From: Callorhinchus milii
Lineage: Eukaryota
Length of the DNA stretch: 60,000 bases
NCBI RefSeq assembly: GCF_018977255.1
Contig: NW_024704743.1
Coordinates: forward strand, 47,990,001 to 48,050,000
Direction: 5' to 3'
Shown one piece after another: positions 1 to 12,200 of the stretch. Every line of letters starts with the position of its first letter. Positions within the stretch are counted from its first letter, which is position 1. The position numbers and the translations under genes were made by a program. Under the pieces are notes generated by a model. It ran no database searches. It was not told where the DNA came from and saw nothing but the letters and a program-made list of their open reading frames with translations.

Positions 1-1669
1 AGGTAACCCTAAGTACCAATGTTTAACTTTTGAAAAGCATAACAGGAATGGTGCTTTGAGATACTTAACTTATCAAAACAATGACAGTACTCAACTTTTA
101 AATATTTAAGTGGCCTAAGTACTGGTACTTAATGTTTCAACATCTTAATGAAACATTGCTCAACGGATAAAGTTTTCCTGAGGGAAATATTCAAGAAACA
201 CTTGGTTACAGAAAAATCATTCTAAAATAAGTTTCCTGTGTTGTTACTACAATTTTCTGGACATTTTAATTACACTGGTAAATTAAAGGAAACAATGCTT
301 TTTTTCAGAGATCCGTGAGTGCTCCAGTCAATCTGCAGAGTTCAACACCAAAAGATAATAACATACACTTCCTTTTGTTTAAGCAGAGTTCAAAACGTTT
401 CCTTATGTATATATGTACGTTTTGATAACCATTAACCAAAAACTAAAAAGGTTATTAGTGTGTGCAATAAATTTGATACTATGTTTAAATGCCATGAATA
501 AATTAAAACCATTAGTATGTACAACCCTGTAGGGAACCCTTTAACATTCTTCAGAAAAGAGGGAACAGAGTAGTTCCCTTGGGTCAGTATGACACATTTC
601 TGGATACCAGCAGGATTCCTTATTTGTGACTTACAGAGTCTAGAGTAATGAATTTCATCAAGAAACATTGTATGTTAGAACAATATCCCAAATAAAGTTA
701 TGCACTTTAATTGTGTGAATATCGAATAAATCTGGTAATGTGAATTGTGTCACAATCTAATTTAATCGTGACTTGAAAGTGGTTGGGCTAGTGTTGCAGT
801 GGGTCAATGGAGTGAATGCAATGCCATGTAACAGTAGGATTCATTTTAAGCCTCAGTGCTTTACTGCTACAGAAATTCTTGGTACTATCCAGGGGTGAAG
901 GTATGTTTCTTTGGCAGAGGATAAAACAATCAAAATGCTTGTCTATCACTCTTGAACACATCCCATCCCAGGCATGTTGCCAGAAGCCTAGGGACAAGCT
1001 GACCCGGCCATCTTCATGATTGAAAGTGTTACATAACATGGGGATGATGAAAATAGCTCAATAACTGGGGAAATAAATATAGCGTAATGCTGTACTGCAG
1101 ATATCTGTCAGCAAGTTACAAGAGAGTACTTCAGTGGACTGTTCTTATGATGCTTATAAACTGTTACAGCAAAGCTCTTACGGTTTATGAATGTCTGGAG
1201 ATTGCCAAAGATTACAATACTACCTTCAAGTTACTGTCATACATTTCTGTCATTCTTTCATAACTCTATCATAAATTGAGTACAATAGAGATAGAGTTTT
1301 CAGGTAATGTGATAAAGATAATAGCAATACAGAAGCACAAGCTACTGTGAACACCATTGCATAACTGATTCTGCGATAATACCATATTAGAAGACACTTT
1401 GGTATATCATATACTGAATGTTATTCAAAACTAGCTCACTGGTATATATTTGGTATACATTCCAAATTAACACAGATAGGATGGTTATACAATACAGTAC
1501 AATTTACATAGTTCTGAAAGAATCTGGGATTGCCATGTAGGAGAAACAAAGAGAAAATATTGAACTACAGTGTTTAATTGATCCTTTCAAGGGATTATTG
1601 GCACATATCTTAGGCCAACATTTTAAAACTGACAGAGTAGTAAAGCATGATTTTACCCTGCGTGTTCTA

Positions 1670-1922
1670 CATTTTCACAGCATTGCATCTGCCCACCATT
1701 GGCGGGCAAGCCTTCAGGCAAGCTGCCCCTGCTCTATGGAAACCCATCCCGAAGTACTTCTGTCTTGCTCCATCCCTTCCCCAATTCCCCAGTGTCAAGA
1801 CATACCTCTTTGACTGCGCTTTTGGTCCCACCCCCAGCTCAGGTGCCCAGTCAGTAGCATCAAGTACTTTGCGACGTCCACCCCAGACATGAAAGGTACG
1901 ATATAAATGTAAAATGTTATTG
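1670..1922 (+). mobile_element. L2-clade LINE 3' fragment
   Basis: CCCACCATTGGCGGGCAAGCCTTCAG...AAGACATACCTCTTTGAC...GAAAGGTACGATATAAATG matches the 3' end of the L2 copies at 24.3-24.6 kb. Confidence 0.7.
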
Positions 1923-1983
1923 TATGTATCCTGGCATAACTATCAGGCAAGCTGTAGTTCCCATTGTACAATAATTAAATACT

Positions 1984-2405
1984 GTAATAATAGCCCTTGC
2001 ATTTTAGGTAGTGCTTTTTACGTCAAAAAATCTCAAAACACTTCACAGGTAATTGTTGTAAAGAGCATTGACTGTGTATTTGTTGGCAAATATCGCAGAC
2101 ATTTTTTTCTCATCAATAGTCATGAAGTAAATGATCAATTCATCTGGAGGATTTTTGTCCAGGACCCTGGGAGAAATGCCCTTCACTTTTCAAATACAAC
2201 AACAACAAGATTACATTTGTATAGCGCCTTTCACGTCGGGAGGACATCCCAAGGCGCTGAACTAGTTCCATGGGATCTTTAACTTTTGCCTGAAAAGGTT
2301 TAATATCTCAGCTGGAGGATGGCATCTACATCCTCCAATAATGTAGCACTCCTTACATTGGACTGCCACCCTAGACTGTGAGCTCAAAGCCCCAAAATGG
2401 GGAAA
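1984..2405 (-). mobile_element. Old Deu-type SINE with a short L2 tail nested at ~2196-2260
   Basis: SINE tail and Deu-like CCATGGGATCTTTAAC...TTTAATATCTCA segment, interrupted by AACAACAACAAGATTACATTTGTATAGCGCCTTTCACGTCGGGAGGAC. Confidence 0.6.
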
Positions 2406-2809
2406 TGTGTACTGAATCTTTTTGAAGTGTTAAACTGAAAAGTAGCGGTTGAGGTGCTATGACCAGTAAATTGTTGTTGACCTCTTCAAGTGGTGGAATG
2501 CAGGTGAGAAAGAGATTCAGAAGCAAGCATCAAAACTGAAGCTTCCAAAGGTTTTGGACATTGATACAGGTAAAGTCAATGTTTATTTTTACACCAGGAA
2601 GTTTGTTTGCATCTGTTCTTTTTTNCAATCAATTTCATATTTGAATTGTATTTGAATAAACATTATTTCTGCAACAATACGTAAAGATTAATTAAAAAAT
2701 TTGAAACCTTCTACAAAAGATTATCAGTGTGTATTCTTAGAACTAGAAATTAAGCAAAATGCTACTTTACTAAAACAAAAGAAGATAACAACAATGCTGG
2801 TTTAAAACC

Positions 2810-3115
2810 TCTAGGTTCATAATATGGGCAAGTTTCCTTATTCCACACACCTCTGTTTACCTAGCAGTAAGTAGGAACCCAATTGTTAGTCGACTGGCGG
2901 ATCGCTTTTCCGGGGGTAATAATTCTTTCAAAAAAAATAATAAATTGGTCACTGAATCCATGACTGTTTGTGGGACACTGCTGTGCCAATTGGCTGCCAC
3001 GTTTGCTCACAAAATATTCAGTCAATTAACTTTACAGTATATTCTGTGACACCCTTAGAGATGTCTCGAAAACGTGAGAAGGCACTATATGAAATGCAAG
3101 GATTATTATAATTAT
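2810..3115 (+). mobile_element. tRNA-derived SINE, long subfamily, head degraded
   Basis: GGGCAAGTTTCCTTATTCCACAC...CTGTTTGTGGGACACTGCTGTG...AAATGCAAGGATTATTAT. Confidence 0.8.
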
Positions 3116-4008
3116 TGTGTTATGAACCCCTAGAGTTCATAATAGTTACTTCAATAAAGCAATTTAATAGATTGTGTCTCTTCATTAACTTGATAGGTGA
3201 CCAAACATGAACAAATATAGTGTTTCAATGTGTTAGCCGGAAAAACTTACAAAGCAGGCACTCGCATTTTGTTACTGTATTTCATCTGAGGTTGAAATGT
3301 GAAATCCCTTGTGTTCACTCCAGTTAAACTGCTGGGTGGATTACTACATCGTTTTTCATTTTTGAAAGATATGATAAATTGGCATGGTCATATATTGCAC
3401 CAACTCCACTCAGTATAATTAAATAATTATTGCAACAGCACATTGTCTTTTAAAACATCTACTTGAAGGAGGATTTGCTGGTATTTGTTTTATGGTTCGG
3501 AATAGAACTGTGATCTAGTTGTTTCACATTTATTAGCATAAGATAGGGTCGACAGGACGTGCTTCCACTTGCTGCCAGAATTTGCCATTGTGATTCCTGT
3601 TACAAATATCATGTTTCAGACTCCTATATTTCAGGTTTGCCACTCATAGCACTGCTAGAATTAGCAGCAAACTGGTAATATGAAACCAGTACTGGAAATG
3701 TCAACCAGCAAGCACCACTGCCCCACTAAAACATGAAATAAGACAAGACTAATCAATCCACCAAGCCCCACTCCCTCCACAGACGATGCAAAACCAATTA
3801 TATGATGGAATTCATACTATCCTCTTATCTTTTCACATGATCACAAGATTGGTTTGGATGAAGAAGGCCTTTCGGCCCATCTGATCTCATCCCTCCAGAA
3901 CACTCATCATACCGCTCTCTCATCACACCATTAAGCTGCTTTTCAAATGAATTCAGTGTCCTGACCTCAACCACCCTTCCTAGCATGTCTTACACATTGA
4001 ATACACGT

Positions 4009-4327
4009 GGAGTCTTATAGCTTAGTGGTTAGCAAGTGAGAGGACCCGGGTTCGATTTCTGGTAGGACAAAACTTAAGGTAAGTTTCCTTACTCCACACG
4101 CCTCTATTTACCTAGCAGTAAGTAGAACCTGGTTGTTAGTCGATTGGCGGATCGCTTTCCAGGATAATAAGCCCTCAAAAAAAAATTGGTCATTCAATCC
4201 ACAGCTGTTTGTGGGACACTGCTGCACCTAATTGGCTGCCATGTTTTTCCCACAAAATATACAGTCGATTCACTTTACAATATATTCTATGAAGCGCTTT
4301 GAGACATCTAGAAGATGTGATAAGGTG
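4009..4327 (+). mobile_element. tRNA-derived SINE, long subfamily
   Basis: Head GGAGTCTTATAGCTTAGTGG...GGGTTCGATTTC (A and B boxes); body shared with the other copies. Confidence 0.8.
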
Positions 4328-5218
4328 TCTGACACTGCCGGCTTCTAGAGATGGTTCTGTTTAGATGCTCTCTTTACCCCAAAGATAATCAAGCAGAATT
4401 CCAATATATTCTTCAGTCTCAGGGATTTGTGAGGCGTGAACTTTTGCTTCAATATACATATTGACTGTCATTATTCAAAACTACTTTCTGCTTCCATTAG
4501 GAACATCCACATTCCCAGCCACAGGAATCATTGTGTCTCATTGAACATTTGTTCAGTCTCTGAAAAAATATAGAATATTTATTTGATATACTTGCATTTG
4601 ATACAGCACCTTATTATGTCATTAAGACATCTCAAAGCATTTCACGGAACATACTGTGAAGCGGGTGACACTTTAGGAGGATAAGAGAAATGTTTTAATC
4701 TCTAGTCCCTCCCCATTGTCTTCTGGTTTATGACCCTACATCCCTGGCCACTCCCTCGACTCAACCGACTCCAGCCTGCTTCATACCACCATCAGTGGGC
4801 GAGCCATCACTTTATCCTTGCCCATTTCCTCTCTGCTTTCAAATCCAACTTGGAGACAACAACAACTTGCATTTTATCACGGCCTTCATATGGGGTAGTT
4901 TCTCAGAGTGCTTATATCTTTTTGTATACAATACTACCTTCAAGTTATTGTCATACATTTCTGTTGTTCTCTCATAATCATATCATAAACTGAACACAGT
5001 ACAGATAGAGTTTCCAGGTAATATGATAAAGATGATGATGACACGATCCCCTCCATCCCACGCCCTCCCCCCCCCACCCACCTGAAGTCTATATAAAGCA
5101 CTTTTAAGATTTTCTTGTGATCTTTGTGACAGCCAATTCCATTGTGACAGCCAATTTATAAATGTAAATTGTTATTTTTTTGTGAAGCGCTTTGAAATTT
5201 GCATCCTACATGAAAGAT

Positions 5219-5537
5219 GGAGTCCTGTAGCTCAGTGGTTAGAGCACTTGCTTTGCAAGTGAGAGACCTGAGTTCAATTCCAGGCAGGGCGAAGCCTTGG
5301 GCAAGTTTCCTTACTCCACACGCCTAATAATAATCCCTCCGAAACCAAAAACAATAATAAATGTCATTTTCAATCTACGACTGTTTGTGGGACATTGCTG
5401 TGCGCAATTGGCTGCCGCGTTCGCCCACAAATATACAGTCAATTCACTTTACAGTGTGTTCTGTGAAGTGCTTTGGGACGTCCTCCCGACGTGAAAAGCG
5501 CTATATCAAATGCAAGGATTATTATTATTATTATTAT
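5219..5537 (+). mobile_element. Full-length tRNA-derived SINE, short subfamily
   Basis: A box TAGCTCAGTGG, B box GAGTTCAATTC, L2-like 3' tail and (ATT)n end. Confidence 0.9.
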
Positions 5538-6281
5538 ATGTAAACACAAGTTGTTTCACTGGTGAAAACATTATTTAAAACCTGGTCTGCTCTCATTACC
5601 AAATACTTTGCTTACATTTAAATCATGGTGCAACTCATCATTTTAAATATCTGATCATATCCCCAAAACCTTTTTTTTATTACTGGTAACAGGTAACATT
5701 GTAAGTATCTCCTCATCATTTAATGTTCCAAAATCACCCAATTGCTATTGTTTGAAACCTCTCAAATGTGAATGTTTTGATCTGAGACCAACATTGGCTT
5801 CTCTTTTGCAGTGTTAGCACAGAAGAGCAACCTCTATTGCAAGAACTGTAAATATATAAGGCAGCCACTGGTCTGAGTAGCTGAAGCTTCTCTGTCAGAT
5901 TGTGAAGTGCTTTCCCTGTCATTGACGGATGCAATACGAGTGAAAGAAAATACAACATAGCATTAATTTTCCACATGTCGAATGACTGCTTATCTGCTTA
6001 CCCACATTAGAACTAAGATAATAATCTTGCATTTGGTATAGTGACTTTCATTTAAAATAGATATCTTGAAGTGCTTCGCAGGATTTACTGTAAAGTGTGG
6101 TGACTATGTACTTAGTAAAATGCAGAGGTGAAGTGGTGCTGAAATGTTGGTGAATGTTTTAAATTTCCACATGTACAAGATGGAACAAGATGGAACATGA
6201 TTTTTCCCAAACAGCACAAGATGGAGCTCTGATACAGGTAAATATAAACAGTGACAATTGTACTGATGCACTTGGAGAGGC

Positions 6282-6284
<3 letters not shown>

Positions 6285-6372
<88 letters not shown>
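6285..6372 (+). repeat. (GACA)22 microsatellite
   Basis: Perfect tetranucleotide array; it explains the VCLS and TDRQ repeat ORFs. Confidence 0.98.
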
Positions 6373-6834
6373 GGAGTCAAAATGCAAAAGAGAGTCAGCA
6401 GAGTGAGGAAGAGATAGAGCAGGCCAGATACAGAAAGAATGAGAATCACTGAGGGAAAGAAAAGGATCAACATTGTATTGGAGACCTGTGAGAGAATAAC
6501 AGAGGAGAGAAGGTGTGCGCATTGACACAATAACCCCTAATAGAGTTCCATTGTTGGTACTGTACGTTGTATATTGCATTATGAACTGCTATCCACACTT
6601 TAATATAATGGACATCTCCCAATTCGTACAGATATCAAACTCTCTACTGCGTGTTTTAAAGAAAGTTTTTCTAAGGGATTATGGATGAACAAGCCACCCT
6701 GTAGCTAATAGCTCTTTGGAAATCTTAACTATCTTCTGCCACGTTAATAGTTTCTCCAAAGGCAGATGACATTTTATGCAGGTGAGAGTGAGAGGCATCA
6801 GCTCCCTGGCTCCAGCTAAATCTACTTTTACGTT

Positions 6835-7680
6835 CTGTCAGCTTGTCTGTCAGACATCAAGGCCCGGATGAACACAAACTTCCCGCAGCTGAACATTGAC
6901 AAGATGGTAGCCATACTCTTTGGTTCCTGTCAATGTCTTCTCTCCTGTGGCTCTTATATCTTCAACCTCACCGGCCTTTCCCTAAGACTCATTGAACCTA
7001 TGCATAATCTAGGCATCAGGTTCGATCCCCAGCGATCCTTCCTCTCCCACATTCGGTCCCTTACCAGGACCACTTTCCTCTCTCTCCATCACATAGCCCG
7101 CCTCCAACCATACCTCATACCTAACCTAGCCAAAACCCTCGCCCACTCCTTTGTTGCTTCCCACCTTGACTATTCCAATGCACATCCTTGCAGGTCTCCT
7201 CAGCTACCCAGAAACTACAAAACTCTGCTGCCCGTATACTCACCCACACTAAATTCCATACCCCCAACACACCAGTCCTCAACAGGCTCCACTGGCACCC
7301 TGTCACAGAACGATCAATTTCAAGATCCTTCACTCGTCTACAATTTCTTTCATGCCCTGGCTCCTCCCTATCTTTCTGACCTCCTCTCTCCCCATTCTAC
7401 TACCCAATTGCCTCCGCTTGGGTGGCTCTGACCCTCTGCTCATCCCCTCCTCTCCATCATCAGCGACCATACTTTCAGCCACTATGCCCCGAAGCTTTGG
7501 AAATCTCTCCCTCAATGCCTCTGCCTTCCTCCCTTCTCCTCTTTAAGATCATTACTAAAGACCTTCCTCTTTGTCCGTGCTTATGGTGACCTCCTCCATC
7601 AGGGCTCAGCATCAGTGTTAAGCGCTCTGGGATGCTAACTCGCATGAAGGACGCTATATAAATGCAAGTTGATGTTGTTT
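6835..7680 (+). mobile_element. L2-clade LINE 3' fragment (ORF2 C-terminus and tail)
   Basis: FPQLNIDK...NLGIRFDPQ..F..HI...SHLDYSNA, QNSAARILT, LHWHPV; tail GCTATATAAATGCAAGTTG. Confidence 0.85.
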
Positions 7681-8906
7681 TAATGTTAATAGATTGTATT
7701 TAACTGCATTGGCACTGGGAATCCCAGCAATGGAAGGGCTCTGAACAACTATTATAAGAGGGCGAAGTTTATTCTACTTTTCTGAAATATTAACTTGTTT
7801 CAGATCTACTTGAATGAGCAGTGGTAATTCATGCTTTGAACTAAACATTTAATTGTATGACAATATACACATGCATTGCAGTCGGGGTAGTACATACTTG
7901 GATTATACCCTTGACTGTAACTCTTTGCATTCGTCTTACTCGCCTATGTTTACAAAGCAGTGGATTAGATTCAATTGATGTCGCTGATAATTTAATATGT
8001 TATGTTTAATCCCACTGCCAGACATGGCATGTTGAGTTCATAAGAAAGGTACATTTTCCACACATTCAGACAGATTTGCACTAAAACCAATTTAGAGTTT
8101 TTTCAAAGTTTTTTTACAATAACACTTTGCTAAATTCAAGCATTGTAAAGGCAGATTAAACAGTTGATTCTAAAGATGCAATGGGATTTTTAATTGAAAT
8201 TATTTAGTGTAATTACTTGTGACAACAATGAACAATAATGAATCAAACACATATAGTTGTAAACTTGCTAGTTATGGTAATTACTAGGTGTCTGTCTTTC
8301 TCGACCACTTTCATTAACAGAGTTTAGGAAGGACATGGTTAAATGAAATATCCCTTTAATGTAAACACTTTTATCGCCTCTTATTGCACTCAGGACTCAG
8401 CCAGTGTACAAACAGTGATAGCTTCCTTATCTTCATGTATTCCTTAAGATGTGAGGACAGAGGCTAATGCCTAGAACCCTCTTTCCCATCAGCACACGCA
8501 TTGGTCAGTTTTTTTTGCAGGCAAAGCCTCAGACGGGCCCTTGCTTTGGTGATCAAAAGGAAACCGATTGTTTATTCAACATTTTAAAGTCAGACATTCA
8601 CAGGGATGGAGTGGATGGGCTGTGATGTTGGCAATAATGAAAGTATGGCTGAAGTTTAGAACCTCCGTGTGTGACATATGCCGGAAAAATACTTGGTAAC
8701 ATCCAAATCGGTACATACAATTATGTTAGCAGCCAACTTGATTTATATAAAAATATTTTAAAAGCTATCAAGTGTTCTGCACCCTGTATGAGGATGAATG
8801 TCCTCGTTACTTTTTCCAAGTGTACAAACAATATACAAGTTTGGTACTATGCACCTCCTTTTGTAATCAATATATCCTAAATGTGTTGTGTGGTTTAATA
8901 ATAAAG

Positions 8907-9220
8907 TAATAATAATAATCCTTGCAGTTTGATATAGCGCTTTTCACATCTTCTAGACATCCCAAAGCGCTTCGCAGAATATACTGGAAAGTGAATTGAC
9001 TGTATATTTGTGGGCGAACGTGGCAGCCAATTGCGCACAGCAATGTCCCACAAACAGTCATGGATTGAAAATGACCAATTTATTATTGTTTTGTTTTTTT
9101 GGAGGGATTATTATTAGGCTCTGTGTGGAGTAAGGAAACTTGCCCAAGGTTTCGCCCTGCCTGGAACTGAACTCAGGTCTCTCGCTTGCAAAGCGAGTGC
9201 TCTAACCACTGAGCTACAGG
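8907..9220 (-). mobile_element. Full-length tRNA-derived SINE, short subfamily
   Basis: Close reverse-complement match to 5219-5537. Confidence 0.9.
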
Positions 9221-12200
9221 TTTGTTGTGCTCTATAATTATTACTTAAAGTGGAGACTCCTAACGTCTGTAAAGCATTCCATGGCCTTCACGGTCTAATG
9301 TGATAATCTGGCAGTGTTGGTAATCTCCAAGGAAGCAAATAGAATTAGTCACAAATATACGAACACTAAAGAAAGCATGATAGAAACCATAACATACATC
9401 AAGTTAGATTCATTCTCGTAGCCGACTATAATTTTAATCTGCAAAATATCTCTCTGATTTTAGTTAACCCATTTATTACTCTCTATTTTCAGACACAGCA
9501 CCAGTTTGTTGTGTGGCATAGTTACTAATGAGATTTAAATAAACTTTCGGTTGGGAATTATTTTAAAACAAAGTTTAATTATACTAGTTGCATGACTAAA
9601 ATATTTATCAGCAAAGAGAAGTTATTTGGGTAATAGTTACGCGACGGGTGCGAAACACAGAGAGTATCATTGTGACATTTCATATTTGCAACTTATTGAC
9701 GCATAGGTTATAAATGTGATAGTGATGTAAAGTATCAGCACTAATTTACTATTTAATTTCTTCTATAAAAACAAAGTAGTGTAGCTTGTATAAAAACGCC
9801 TACAAACTAGAACGATTATGCCAAGGTGTTTATTTCAAGAATAACCAATCTGAAATATAGTTAAACGTTTTTTTCTTATAAATCAAAACACCAAAATGTG
9901 TAGTGTCCATTTTAAAATTAAAATTATATCATTCTATATTATTCCTTGAGTTTGGGATTTATTGGCTAAAGACCTCGCTGGATGGAAACTGTTTACTAAA
10001 TAGTTTCTGCATATTCTTAATAGATAAAAATCGAGAAAATGATGAAAGTGACAGTAGACAACCCCTTTCATTGACTGGAGCATTTGCCATCGAGAAAAAT
10101 CTCCTGTCTTAATATTTAAATCATACTGTCCAATATTCCACAAACGTCTTTAACTAAACGGTTTGGTTTAATGAGGTGCATTTAGTCAATCTCTACTTAA
10201 GTTATTGACAATAATTATCCGTATTGATCAAGCCGAAGTGTGTCTTAAAGAACTTGTAATTGTCTGTGCACTGTTCATCCTGGGACTTATCAACACCACT
10301 GACTCTATCTAAACTGTTAAACCGTTTGCTCTACGAAGCCTCTTTGTGTTATTCCCTATCTAAATCCAGTCTCTGTCTCCAGCAGTAATGATGCTGTGTG
10401 TGTGTGTGTGTGCACAGTGCTGGCTGGACTGAGGCTGAGGCTGCCCTGGCACCAGGTCGGCTTCTCCCACAGGACGCTAATTAGACGCACTAATTGGACA
10501 GCAATATATCAATGTCACCTTTTGATTAGCTCTTTTAGAACCTCTGCAGCACAGTTGGAAGCTTTTAAAAACATAGTTAATAAAAGCATCTTATTTCACT
10601 TGTGTAACGTGTACACTCCATTATGTGTGCAAGGACTTACATACACTAGGCACAATATCTCCAGTCTCTCACACATCGATTATAAGTTTCATATATTTAT
10701 TGCACAAGCAGGTAAAGGCATGTTCATAACAGGTATGTTTATTGTAAGGCAGTGCGTTCTGGTTGAGCCTCGAATACATTGTGTTATTAAACAGTCCTTC
10801 AAAAAAAACGATTGAAAATAGTCCCTCTTTTCTGATAGCACAGGTCGCTGCCAAGTACCCTATAAAGATCACTGAAAACAGTCACGCTTAGAATTCTACA
10901 TGCATTGCACTTTACGTCAGGGTAATTTGGGCTGAATCGATGATCAGTCATACACACAATATATGAAGTACAATACTTATGTACAATACTTGACATATTG
11001 TAGCAATAAGGTAGTAGCATTTTAAATTAAAAAGATTAACGAAGTCAATAGGGAAAATAACACAAATGGTGCACTACATCACCTTTACCACATTAAACAC
11101 TCACGCGGAAAAAAAACCCATGGAGTATTGCACAGGAGAAATGGATTGCACGTATTTATGAAAACCGTCGTAGTTAATAGTTGCGTGTTAGTTAATTATA
11201 TGTTCAGTTACATAAACCTCAGGTTTTCGGCTCGAAACAAACTAAGAATAATTGAAATTTGGGGTTATGCAATAAAAATGATCAAAATCTATTCACAATT
11301 GTATTCGAAAAATCCATATCTCCCATCAGTTTACTACGAATATATGTAAAAAGATTCAGACTGCAAAAATACAGTAAAATATTATTTATCCTATAAAAAA
11401 CACAATCCAGCCTTTGTGATGTTATTGTCAATGCCTTTCCACTGTACAGACATCTCTGGTTACACAGGTTTTGTTTGCCAAGGCCCATTGCGCGTAAAAC
11501 GATTTCAGCATTACATGGTAACGTGAACCGAACCTGCGATATTTTACAATACGAAACATCATCAATACTTGCTTTCATGATATTGCTATTATTATTGTCT
11601 TTTAGTGACAGAATCATCTGAAAATATAAAACAAACTTCATAAAAAGAGCTTTGAAAATTCTTAGCCACAGTAGGGTTAAATTGCACCGTTTTTTTCCTG
11701 ACTACCTGACATTTTCTTTCATGTATGGAAAGTAGTAAATCTATAAACATATACATTAAATATTAAGATATTTGTTCTTTCCATTTGAAACGTGGAATAG
11801 GTGTAGTTGAATATTTTAAAAGATATTGCAAACCAGATGTAGTAGCAGATCTGAGATCCAGTCCTGTGGATCAGACATGGTTTCTATAAATATGTATGAT
11901 AAACACACCAAGGTTCTCGCATTTACAAGATGGTGCCATTGATTGAATCTGTGACCTGCGATTCCAAATGATTTTTGGAAGGCTATTCAAACAGATGAAC
12001 GCGTAAATTGTCGTGCTTGTATCTGAATTAATATCTCATTCATCATCATTATCATTTGATGGGTCCATTTAAGCTCTTCACCCTACCGGAACGAACTAAA
12101 CCTACACTAATATAACATAATTTAGGACAGTGGCTATTTTAATAGTGCCAATTCAGCGTATGGCTTCCTTATGCACAGTCATGTTTCATTATTGGTGCTT

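Noticed and set aside
5219..5295. tRNA gene
   Set aside because: The tRNA-like A and B boxes are the head of a SINE that continues into a repeat body and tail.
6112..6579. ORFs with VCLS or TDRQ repeats
   Set aside because: Translation artefacts of the (GACA)22 microsatellite.
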